From the NCBI GenBank assembly GCA_947626885.1, contig CANQTX010000001.1:30741-94740 (forward strand): a DNA stretch of 64,000 bases, written 5' to 3'. Below, piece by piece: positions 19,987 through 28,890 of the stretch. The stretch is from an uncultured Clostridia bacterium. Lineage in GTDB: Bacteria > Bacillota > Clostridia > TANB77 > CAG-508. Within the stretch, counting starts at the first letter, position 1. Each line of letters starts with the position of its first letter. The notes under the pieces are model-generated. The model saw only the letters and a list, made by a program, of their open reading frames with translations. It was not told the origin of the DNA and made no database searches. The position numbers and the translations under genes were made by a program.

Positions 19987-22113
19987 TTAATTTACACGAA
20001 AAATATACATGCCATCTTCGTAGTACACTTGCTCAAATGTTTTATCAAAATTTTTTTGATTTATATCTTCTTTTGAAAGAATATACTGTACATTCAATTT
20101 TTCTAAATCTTTATAATTTAAGTGAATAGCAATATTATCTGCATATAATAATTCTACTGTTGACTCTGTATCTACTATATCAAAATTAATATGTGCATAT
20201 CGATTATATGTTATCTCATTTTCTTTGGCTTTATCTCCTAAAATTGTTTCAAACATTGCCAAATTAGGATATACATTCGTTGAATTTAATGTACGAATAC
20301 CATTAGCTACTGAATAATCATTTATATACCATCCAGTATCATTAACAACCCAAATTGCTTCTGGATTTTCTTCTCTTATTTCTTGCATCTTTATAGCCAC
20401 TGGTTTCGTATAGAATATATCTGTTGTTCGAATCACAGGATTTACTCTAAGCCCTGTAATCAAAGCAATGGCTATCAATCCATATATTGTATAATTCTTT
20501 ATTTTTTCATTTTGCATATTCAAAATGCCAAAGATAGCCACTAAAAAGATTTCTCCTCCTGCTAATATCTTAAACTTATCAATATATGGGAACCCACACG
20601 TTTTTTTTGCTTGATAAATAATATATATGGTAGCAAAACCTGCTAAATAATAAGTTAATTTCTTGGGAATCCATTTATCATCTAATTGAATGCTTCCCAT
20701 AAGGTAAATTAACATATAAATATTTAATGTTCCTAACGCTATTGTAGCTCTTGGCGCTGTGGCATTAGACATTAATGTTATTTTTGCCAATATCTCTGGA
20801 AATCCATATTTACACCATATTGTTAAAAAAGCACTAGCAACCAATGTTGGTAACCAAAAAGATAAATTTTTTTTATTACGAATCACATACACTAGTCCTA
20901 ATAAAATTGGAATCGGGAAAAAAGATAACATACTAGCATATTCACATGGATTAGGAAAATCTTCAAATGTAAAGAAGATATTATAAAAATACGCATATAA
21001 AGTAAAGGTTCCGCCTCCTGTTTCACATCTATCTCCCGGATAAGCAGTATGACTAACAGCTGCAATAGTATCTTTTGATAACATATACCATCTTCCCAAT
21101 AATAAAACAATGCAAAGAATGGTTAAAATGATAACTGCTATGTCATGTTTTGATATGCGATATCCTTTTTGAAAATTTTGTATTATCATCCAAATAGCAA
21201 TCGCTAAAAATACATAAGCAAATGAGACTTGCCATGCAGGATATAAAACAAATACATAGGCTAAGCATGAAGATATTAGTCCTATAGCACATACATATTT
21301 TTTCCATTTTTTATCTGTATTCATAAAAGTATTTACTAATACCAGTATAATTTGTCCCCAAATTAAAGTATCCATGCAATACCACCATTGCACCGCTGCT
21401 GAAAAAGTAATCACAATGGCACCACATAATGAAAGTTTTTTGTTTTTGTTCGTTAAGATGAGACATAATTCATATGCTCCTAATAGCATAGCGGTTATTC
21501 TTGCATACCAATAGAAACTGAATCCGGCATCATTTCCTAATAACAAGAATGCTAATTGAAAAGGTTTTCCTAACATCAAAATATCATATACAGGACTATT
21601 TACCAACGTAAACATATCTGTTGTTGTACCTCTTAAGGCATTATTAAAATACGAAAATGCGTGATTTCCTTGCGACTGAGACAGTATGTAAGTAGTAGAA
21701 GTAGCCCATTCATCTGTACGAATCATTCTTGCTTTACCTAATAACGTATGATATTTTCTATCATCACAGTTGGGTTGAATTTGACTATTAAAATTAACGA
21801 TAGAAGATCCAGAATATTTAAATATCATAACAAACAACAAAAAGGCACAAGCGATTTTGTACCTATGTTTATGAATCCATTCATACATATCTTTTAATTT
21901 AAAAATAAAATGTAAACCTATAAAAATGAAAATACATGCTACCAACATAATTCGATTTTTAGAAATAAATTCAGGATACCATCTTCTAAAAATGGTATAT
22001 TCACATATGGTCGCCATTACTATTGACATTAAGAACAATAATATCAATTTTATTGTTACAAAATTCTCTTTATTTATTACTTTCTCAAAATATGCTTTTC
22101 CTTTATCTAACAT
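19987..22113 (-). CDS. very large polytopic membrane protein, unknown family (candidate GT-C-like), paralog of 62085-64000
   Basis: 708-aa ORF with about 14 hydrophobic helices and a C-terminal soluble domain of about 150 aa. It shares RTDEW/HSDEY, YPGDRCETGG/YPGKRIETGG, FFPIPILLGL/IFPIPMLIGL and NRYAHI/NRYAHV blocks with the last gene of the window. Confidence 0.8.
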   Translation of the reverse strand: MLDKGKAYFEKVINKENFVTIKLILLFLMSIVMATICEYTIFRRWYPEFISKNRIMLVACIFIFIGLHFIFKLKDMYEWIHKHRYKIACAFLLFVMIFKYSGSSIVNFNSQIQPNCDDRKYHTLLGKARMIRTDEWATSTTYILSQSQGNHAFSYFNNALRGTTTDMFTLVNSPVYDILMLGKPFQLAFLLLGNDAGFSFYWYARITAMLLGAYELCLILTNKNKKLSLCGAIVITFSAAVQWWYCMDTLIWGQIILVLVNTFMNTDKKWKKYVCAIGLISSCLAYVFVLYPAWQVSFAYVFLAIAIWMIIQNFQKGYRISKHDIAVIILTILCIVLLLGRWYMLSKDTIAAVSHTAYPGDRCETGGGTFTLYAYFYNIFFTFEDFPNPCEYASMLSFFPIPILLGLVYVIRNKKNLSFWLPTLVASAFLTIWCKYGFPEILAKITLMSNATAPRATIALGTLNIYMLIYLMGSIQLDDKWIPKKLTYYLAGFATIYIIYQAKKTCGFPYIDKFKILAGGEIFLVAIFGILNMQNEKIKNYTIYGLIAIALITGLRVNPVIRTTDIFYTKPVAIKMQEIREENPEAIWVVNDTGWYINDYSVANGIRTLNSTNVYPNLAMFETILGDKAKENEITYNRYAHINFDIVDTESTVELLYADNIAIHLNYKDLEKLNVQYILSKEDINQKNFDKTFEQVYYEDGMYIFRVN

Positions 22114-22180
22114 TTCTATACTCCATTTTCGAATTTTTCATCATTTCTTACCGTATTTTTCTAATATTTTATTAATATTG

Positions 22181-23221
22181 TTACCATTTCACTTCAATTT
22201 TTAAAACATCTACTAAAAATCGATTCACCCAAATATAGATTATCGGTAAACGCAACTTAAATAATAGATGCACTCCCCAAATACAAATAAATTTTAATCC
22301 CTTTTTAAAACAATGTGATATTTTAAAAAATTGACTATTTCTCCATTCAGCAAAATTCTCATCTAAATATTGCACCACATCTTTTATAACAAGTGACATT
22401 TTTACAGACTTATCATATGAAACCATAAATACCCATGAAATAGCAAGATGTAAGAAAGCCATGGTTGCTAAAACTTCTTTATATGCTTCATATTTACCAA
22501 TTGCTTTAGCATGTTCTTTTGTCACCAATAAATATTTTTTTAAATTTTCAATATCTTGTAAGTTTAAAGAATGAATTTGCGAACTAGAACGCAAATAATA
22601 GTGATACAATACATCTGGTATAAAAGTTAATTTTTGAACACCATCCATATAACTATGAATGAGAAATAATGTATCATTACACCCTCTAAATGGTAAAAAT
22701 TCTAAATGTTTCACTTTTTCTAGTCGATAAATTTTATTCCATAAAGAAGGATTTGCATATACAATAAAATCATCATTCCAATCCACCTGCTTATTGATGG
22801 TACCATATTGTGTCATTTCGGTTGCTACAATTTTTCCTGTATCTAAATCTATTCGATCATATCCACAAAAAGCAATATCTGCATCATTTTCCTTTGCTGC
22901 TTGATACAGTTTCTCTGCCCATGTAACTTCGGGAACATCATCACTATCAATAAACCCTACATATTCTCCTGTGGCATGCTTTAAACCATAAGTACGTGCA
23001 GACCATTCTCCTCCATTTTCTTTATGAAATGTTTTTACTTTATGGGGATATTTTTTCTTATAATCTTCAATAATCTTTGGTGCTGAATCTTTAGAACCAT
23101 CATCAACACAAAGAATTTCTATTTCCTCCAATGTTTGATGAACCAATGCCTCTAAACATCTTGGCACAAATTCTTCTAAATTGTATATTGGCACTACAAT
23201 TGATACTTTTATTGGGTTCAT
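22181..23221 (-). CDS. family-2 glycosyltransferase
   Basis: 346-aa ORF with VSIVVPIYNLEEFVPRCLEALVHQT, CVDDGSKD and FIDSDD motifs. Confidence 0.9.
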   Translation of the reverse strand: MNPIKVSIVVPIYNLEEFVPRCLEALVHQTLEEIEILCVDDGSKDSAPKIIEDYKKKYPHKVKTFHKENGGEWSARTYGLKHATGEYVGFIDSDDVPEVTWAEKLYQAAKENDADIAFCGYDRIDLDTGKIVATEMTQYGTINKQVDWNDDFIVYANPSLWNKIYRLEKVKHLEFLPFRGCNDTLFLIHSYMDGVQKLTFIPDVLYHYYLRSSSQIHSLNLQDIENLKKYLLVTKEHAKAIGKYEAYKEVLATMAFLHLAISWVFMVSYDKSVKMSLVIKDVVQYLDENFAEWRNSQFFKISHCFKKGLKFICIWGVHLLFKLRLPIIYIWVNRFLVDVLKIEVKW

Positions 23222-23224
23222 GAT

Positions 23225-24160
23225 TTATTCCTTTCTGGCTTTTCGTTCTCTTTCGCAATCAATTAATCTCATTTCAAAGGTTTGTTTTGAATTTTTTATA
23301 ATATTATCTAAAGTCATTCCTGAAAAGAAAGATTGTACAGCACATAAGAAAAATAATACACTAATTACCAATGTTGGTATTTTAACAACACCTCTATTCA
23401 GAAAATCAATAAATACTGGTACAAAAAAAGCTAGTCCAATTATTGTTAAAATAAAAGCTAATAAAGTAAAGAATGCCATTGGTTTATAATTTTTATAGAA
23501 TCCAAAAATAGTTTTTAAAACTTTAATACCATCTGGAATTGTGTTCAATTTTGAAGGACTATCTGCCGGCCTATCTCTATAATCAATAATTATATTTTTT
23601 ACTTTCATATTTTTATCTAAACAATGTATTGTCATTTCGGTTTCTAATTCAAACCCTTTAGACATAACAGGAAATGTTTTTACAAATTTATAACTAAAAG
23701 CTCTTAGTCCTGTCATCACATCACGAATATCACTTTTATAAATTCTATTAATTAACGCTCTAACTGTAACATTTCCTATATTATGAAAAGGTCTTTTATT
23801 CTCTGTAAAATAAGTGGAAGAAAGTCTATCTCCTATTACCATATCTACATTTTCTTCTAAAACAGCTTTCACAAATTCTTTAGCAACCTCTGCAGGATAA
23901 GTGTCATCTCCATCTACCATAATATAACATTCAGCATCAATCTCTCTGAACATGGTTCTGATAACATTTCCTTTTCCTTGTCTTGTTTCATATCTTACAA
24001 TTGCTCCTGCCTCTTTGGCAATTTTATCTGTTCCATCTTTAGAATTATTATCATACACATATATAACTGCCTCTGGTAATTCTCTTCTAAAATCTTCTAC
24101 TACCTTTCTTATGGTTTTTGCTTCATTATAACATGGTACTAAGACTGCTACTTTGTCCAT
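23225..24160 (-). CDS. polyprenyl-phosphate glycosyltransferase (GtrB/CsbB/DPM1-like)
   Basis: 311-aa ORF. GT2 core (AVLVPCYNEAKTI, YDNNSKDGT, VDGDDTY) followed by two C-terminal TM helices. This is the architecture of Und-P-sugar synthases. Confidence 0.85.
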   Translation of the reverse strand: MDKVAVLVPCYNEAKTIRKVVEDFRRELPEAVIYVYDNNSKDGTDKIAKEAGAIVRYETRQGKGNVIRTMFREIDAECYIMVDGDDTYPAEVAKEFVKAVLEENVDMVIGDRLSSTYFTENKRPFHNIGNVTVRALINRIYKSDIRDVMTGLRAFSYKFVKTFPVMSKGFELETEMTIHCLDKNMKVKNIIIDYRDRPADSPSKLNTIPDGIKVLKTIFGFYKNYKPMAFFTLLAFILTIIGLAFFVPVFIDFLNRGVVKIPTLVISVLFFLCAVQSFFSGMTLDNIIKNSKQTFEMRLIDCERERKARKE

Positions 24161-24287
24161 ATTCTTGTCTCCTTTTTCTTAACTTTCTTTCATTTTCTCT
24201 CTCTCTATTTTATCCCTTGTTATTTTTTTACAGTCAAACTAGATAACTGTTTTCTTTTACTTTTGTTGTTATGTATTTTATGTTTTA

Positions 24288-24779
24288 TCACAATGATTCT
24301 TTTTTAAAAATAAATAATTTACTAAATACAAAATTTAATATAATAACAACTATATTAGCAATCACTTTCATAATAACATCATTAAAATGAATTATAACAG
24401 CAAAATTCATAAGTCCTATACTAATAGCTTCCGTCACCAATCGACAGCTCACAAAAGATATGATTTCTTTTATAAACGCCTTATGCGTATTCGTTTCACT
24501 TTGAAAAACACATATTTTATTTGTAAAATAAGCAAAAACAACTGCTGCTATAAAAGCAATGATTTCACTCATATTAACTTTTAAAGATTCATTAAATCCT
24601 CTAAATAATATTTGACTACAAAAAATATAAGCTAAAATGTTAACCACAGTAGATAAGGCACCAAAAACAAGATATCGCATTCCCTCTAAATGATTTTCAT
24701 ATATATCTGCTAATTTTCCTAATTTAATTTTCCTTGCTATTTCTAAAAAGAATTTTTCAATTGCTTCCCAGACCTTCAT
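24288..24779 (-). CDS. GtrA-family small membrane protein (putative lipid-linked sugar translocase)
   Basis: 163-aa ORF with 4 TM helices and the YLVFGALSTVVN...FTNKICVF pattern. It is adjacent to the GtrB-like gene. Confidence 0.8.
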   Translation of the reverse strand: MKVWEAIEKFFLEIARKIKLGKLADIYENHLEGMRYLVFGALSTVVNILAYIFCSQILFRGFNESLKVNMSEIIAFIAAVVFAYFTNKICVFQSETNTHKAFIKEIISFVSCRLVTEAISIGLMNFAVIIHFNDVIMKVIANIVVIILNFVFSKLFIFKKESL

Positions 24780-24861
24780 TTTACTCTCCCTAATTTCTTT
24801 TTTAGTCTTTGTATTATTTAAAAAAATAGTTTTTTCTACATTTTCTTCTTTTTTCTTTTCT

Positions 24862-24890
24862 ATTATATATGGTTTCTATAAATTTGTAAA
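24862..24890 (-). promoter_or_regulatory. sigma-A type internal promoter ahead of the gtrA-like gene
   Basis: Minus strand reads TTTACA - 17 nt - TATAAT, about 80 nt upstream of the ATG at 24779. Confidence 0.5.
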
Positions 24891-24956
24891 TATATTTTAT
24901 TACAGTATTATTCTTTATACAACTTCTTTTTTATCTTCCCATTAAAGGTTTTTCTG

Positions 24957-26831
24957 CTACACTTTTTTGGTTGCAATATCAAAATGACAAGTATCTCTCC
25001 TAAAATTAGGATTATAATATGGATCTGATACAGATAACGTTTCTTTCCATATTTCTTGAAATTTGTGGCATTCTTCTTGAAATCTTGCTTCTTGCTTTTT
25101 AGAATATTCATAGCCTCTGGTTTTGGATTCATAATGAATTAATTCAACATAAGGATTATATACAATTCGATAGCCTTTTTCAAGGATTTTTAGACAAAAA
25201 TCTACATCATTCAAAGCGATTTTAAAATTTTTCTCGTCCATAAAACCCACTTCTTCATAAATTTCTTTTCTCGTAAACAAACAAGCTCCTGTAACAGCTG
25301 ATACATTACATGTAGCGGCTTCTCTTCCAAAATAAGCATGCTTACCATATGGTAAATTAACAAGAAGATTGGCTGCTATTCCTGATAAACCATAGGCAAT
25401 TCCTGCATGCTGTATGGTTTTATCTTTATAATATAATCTAGCTCCTACAGCTCCAATTTCAGGATTTTGCGCATATCCTATTAAAATCTCTAGCCAATGC
25501 GGTGTTAAAAGCTTTGTATCATTATTTAATTGTAAAATAAAATCACCATCTGCTTGTTTAACGCCAAAATTAATAATAGCAGAATAGTTAAATTCTGGTT
25601 TATCAGTATTTTGAGATATTTCCTTATTGAAATCATCTTGTTTATCATAAGACATACCTACATAAGAAGGATAATATAAAATTTTTATTTTTTCATTTTG
25701 AGAAAGTGTTTTATAATAATCAAATGTTTCTCTTTTTTCACTATTATTTTCTATTATCAAAACTTCATAGTTTTCATAAGTTGTCAATTTTAAAATAGAA
25801 TCTACACAAGTTTTTAGTAATGCAATATTATCTTTATTAGGAATTAAAATAGATACTTTGGGTGTTCCTTCTATTTCAAAGTCAATTTTATAAATGCCAG
25901 GAACATCTTGTCCCAAAGCAACTTTTCCTTTTTTATTTATTCTTTTTAAATGTTCTTCTACCGCTTGTCTTCCTACTTCACAAGCATAGGGCTTACTATC
26001 TATATGGTGAGCTGTAGAATTTCGATGCATTCTCCAATGATATAAAATTTTGGGAATATGGACTATTTTTTGAGCTTGTTCCGTAGCTCGCAAAATAAAA
26101 TCAAAATCTTGTGCACCATCAAATGCACTTCTCAGCATGCCTACTATATCTATTAATGTTCTCTTTACAACAACAAAATGTGTAATATAATTATGACATG
26201 CTAATGTTTCTGGCGCATAGTCTGGCTTAAAATACGGTTCAAAACGATTCCCTTGTTCATCTATCTTATCCTCATCTGTATAAATAAAATCTACCTCTTT
26301 ATTTTGATGAATACATTTTACAATTTCAAATAATGCTTCTGGAGACAATACATCATCATGATCTAAAAAACCAATATATTCTCCTGTTGCCATGAGAATA
26401 GCAGCATTGGTATTATCTGATATTCCTTTATTCTCCTTTAATAATTGATATTTTATTCTTTTATCTTTTTCATAATATTTTCTAAAAATGGCATTTTCTT
26501 TTTCACTACCATCTGCCAAACATAGTTCCCAATTGGTATAAGTCTGATTTTGTAAAGAAACCACTAATTCCTTAAAAAATTTCTCTGGTGTATGATACAT
26601 AGGAACAACAACACTAATTTTCGGCATAATTTCCAATATGCTTTCTCTTTGTACTTTTAACTCCTCTTCTGTTGGATCATTATATTGCATCCATATTGCA
26701 TATTGTTCCTGATTCGTTAAACGATTTTCTTTTATATGTAATATTCTTTTCAAACATTTTTTTAATGTTATCCAAAAACCATATCTTTGCAAATAATATA
26801 TGACTTTATTAACATTATCTTTTATATTCAT
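24957..26831 (-). CDS. bifunctional-type glycosyltransferase with two GT2 domains (paralog 1 of 3)
   Basis: 624-aa ORF. First GT2 domain: KISVVVPMYHTPEKFF, LADGS, FLDHDD. Second GT2 domain: KVSILIPNKDN, IIENNS, QLNNDT, ALNDVDFCLK. Confidence 0.9.
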   Translation of the reverse strand: MNIKDNVNKVIYYLQRYGFWITLKKCLKRILHIKENRLTNQEQYAIWMQYNDPTEEELKVQRESILEIMPKISVVVPMYHTPEKFFKELVVSLQNQTYTNWELCLADGSEKENAIFRKYYEKDKRIKYQLLKENKGISDNTNAAILMATGEYIGFLDHDDVLSPEALFEIVKCIHQNKEVDFIYTDEDKIDEQGNRFEPYFKPDYAPETLACHNYITHFVVVKRTLIDIVGMLRSAFDGAQDFDFILRATEQAQKIVHIPKILYHWRMHRNSTAHHIDSKPYACEVGRQAVEEHLKRINKKGKVALGQDVPGIYKIDFEIEGTPKVSILIPNKDNIALLKTCVDSILKLTTYENYEVLIIENNSEKRETFDYYKTLSQNEKIKILYYPSYVGMSYDKQDDFNKEISQNTDKPEFNYSAIINFGVKQADGDFILQLNNDTKLLTPHWLEILIGYAQNPEIGAVGARLYYKDKTIQHAGIAYGLSGIAANLLVNLPYGKHAYFGREAATCNVSAVTGACLFTRKEIYEEVGFMDEKNFKIALNDVDFCLKILEKGYRIVYNPYVELIHYESKTRGYEYSKKQEARFQEECHKFQEIWKETLSVSDPYYNPNFRRDTCHFDIATKKV

Positions 26832-26908
26832 AAAAATTAATCACTTTCTTTATTACTTGGATTCTCTAATAAATTAACGCTTCTCTATAAAACCTTGCTT
26901 TATACTTG

Positions 26909-28819
26909 TTATTTCTCATAGTTTACTTTACATTTCTTCATATGGTACACTTCTGTATCTAAACTTAAATTAATATTATAATAAGGATCTCCTTCATCTA
27001 AAAAATCTCGCCAACGATTAGCAAATGTTTCTATTTCTCCTTGAAATCTTTTAATTTTAGCAGGTGTATCTTCTTGTCCTCTCGATTTTGATTCATAATG
27101 CCAAAATTCAATATAAGGATTATATACAATTAAATAACCTTTTTCCCTAATTTTAAGGCAAAAATCAACATCATTAAAAGCTACTGCTAATGTTTCATTC
27201 ATATAACCTACTTCTTCATAAATCTTTCTAGGATTCATCATACATGCAGCTGTTACAGCACTTAGATTTTCAATCATACTTTCTTTTGCAAAATAAGCAT
27301 GTGTATCTTTAGGTATACTTTTAAATCGATTACCAGCAATTCCACCAAGTCCCACAATAATACCTGCATGTTGAATGGTTTCATCTGGATAATATAATTT
27401 TACACCGACACCTCCTACATCTTCTCTTTGTGCAAAACCTAACATTAATTCTATCCAATTGGGTGTTATTAGTTCTGTGTCATTATTCAGTTGAATAATA
27501 TACTCTCCTTCGGAATGTTTCACACCACAATTAATAATAGCAGAATAATTAAACCCTTGTTTTATTTTTCTCGCATGTTCTTTCGTATAGGCTATATTGC
27601 ATTGTAACTTATCTTGTATCATTTTTCCCGTATTATAATTCACTATTTTTATATTACGATTCTGTAATAATGTTTGATAATAAGCAAATATTTCTTCTGT
27701 TTCGCTATTATTTTCTACTATTATAATTTCATAATTTGTATAAGTGGTTTTTGCCAAAATTGACTGAATACATACTGTTAAAATATCCTTTCCATCTTTA
27801 TTGGGAATAACGATAGAAACTTTTGGGGTTCCTATAACAGCATAATCAATTCTATAAATTCCTTCAACAGCACCTTCCGAAACAGTGCCTTCTAATCCCA
27901 CTCTTTTTAAATGATCTTCTATGGCTTTTTTTCCACTTTCAAAAGCATAATTTTTAGCATGACTATTTAATTGCGCTGTAGAATTTTTATGTACTCTCCA
28001 ATGATACAATATTCTTGGGATATGTTTTATTTTTGAAACATCTGTTATTTCTGCCATTCTTAAAAAAATATCATAATCTTGTGCACCATCATAATCTGTT
28101 CTAAAACCACCTAATGTTTCCATTAATTCTTTTTGGAATATACTAAAATGGCAAATATAATTTTGACTTCTTAACGTATCTGGTGCAAAATCTGGCTTAA
28201 AATAGGCATCATAACGATTTCCCTTTTCATCAATTTTATCTTCATCCGAATACAAAAAAGCAACATCTGGGAATTGATTAATACACTTGACCACTTCATA
28301 CAGAGCATATTCTGACAAAATATCATCATGATCCAATAAAGCAATATACTCTCCTGTTGCCATTGCAATAGCGGCATTGGTATTGCCTGCTATTCCTCTA
28401 TTTTCTTTTAATAATTGATATTTTATTCTTTCATCCTTTTCATAATATTTTCTAAAAACAACATTTTCCTCTTCACTACCATCTGCTAGACATAATTCCC
28501 AATTGGTATAAGTTTGATTTTGTACAGAAGTCACTAATGCCTTAAAAAATTTCTCCGGTGTATGATACATAGGAACAACAATACTAATTTTTGGCATTAA
28601 TGGAAATGTTTTCTTTTTCTGCATAGCCAATTCCACATTTCCTACTTCATTGGCATATATCCAATCACCATAATCACCATATTGCGGATCTTTTTCTCCT
28701 GTTATCCATCTTTTTATTTTAATACATCCTACTTTCAGGCATTTTCGAATTGTTTTTAAAAAACCATATTTTCCTAAATAAAATTTTACTTGATTATAAA
28801 TGTTTTTTATTGGACTCAT
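26909..28819 (-). CDS. bifunctional-type glycosyltransferase with two GT2 domains (paralog 2 of 3)
   Basis: 636-aa ORF with the same motif order as 24957-26831. About five of six residues are identical by eye across a 90-aa stretch of the first domain. Confidence 0.9.
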   Translation of the reverse strand: MSPIKNIYNQVKFYLGKYGFLKTIRKCLKVGCIKIKRWITGEKDPQYGDYGDWIYANEVGNVELAMQKKKTFPLMPKISIVVPMYHTPEKFFKALVTSVQNQTYTNWELCLADGSEEENVVFRKYYEKDERIKYQLLKENRGIAGNTNAAIAMATGEYIALLDHDDILSEYALYEVVKCINQFPDVAFLYSDEDKIDEKGNRYDAYFKPDFAPDTLRSQNYICHFSIFQKELMETLGGFRTDYDGAQDYDIFLRMAEITDVSKIKHIPRILYHWRVHKNSTAQLNSHAKNYAFESGKKAIEDHLKRVGLEGTVSEGAVEGIYRIDYAVIGTPKVSIVIPNKDGKDILTVCIQSILAKTTYTNYEIIIVENNSETEEIFAYYQTLLQNRNIKIVNYNTGKMIQDKLQCNIAYTKEHARKIKQGFNYSAIINCGVKHSEGEYIIQLNNDTELITPNWIELMLGFAQREDVGGVGVKLYYPDETIQHAGIIVGLGGIAGNRFKSIPKDTHAYFAKESMIENLSAVTAACMMNPRKIYEEVGYMNETLAVAFNDVDFCLKIREKGYLIVYNPYIEFWHYESKSRGQEDTPAKIKRFQGEIETFANRWRDFLDEGDPYYNINLSLDTEVYHMKKCKVNYEK

Positions 28820-28890
28820 GTATACTCCTTTTATAAGGTTTTATTGCATTACACAATACTTTCAATACTTTCATTACTTTATTTACTATA

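Noticed and set aside
24196-24206. (TC)5 dinucleotide repeat in the leader of the GtrB-like gene as a phase-variation tract
   Set aside because: Five units is too short for appreciable slippage, and it lies outside both the coding sequence and any confident promoter spacer.
24908-25132. 74-aa minus-strand ORF overlapping the 3' end of the double-GT2 gene. The same type occurs at 16705-16944, 20898-21110, 28171-28377, 29901-30089, 35159-35398, 43485-43691 and 52666-52878.
   Set aside because: These are out-of-frame ORFs nested in or overlapping longer genes that carry conserved motifs. They have no SD and their composition is biased.
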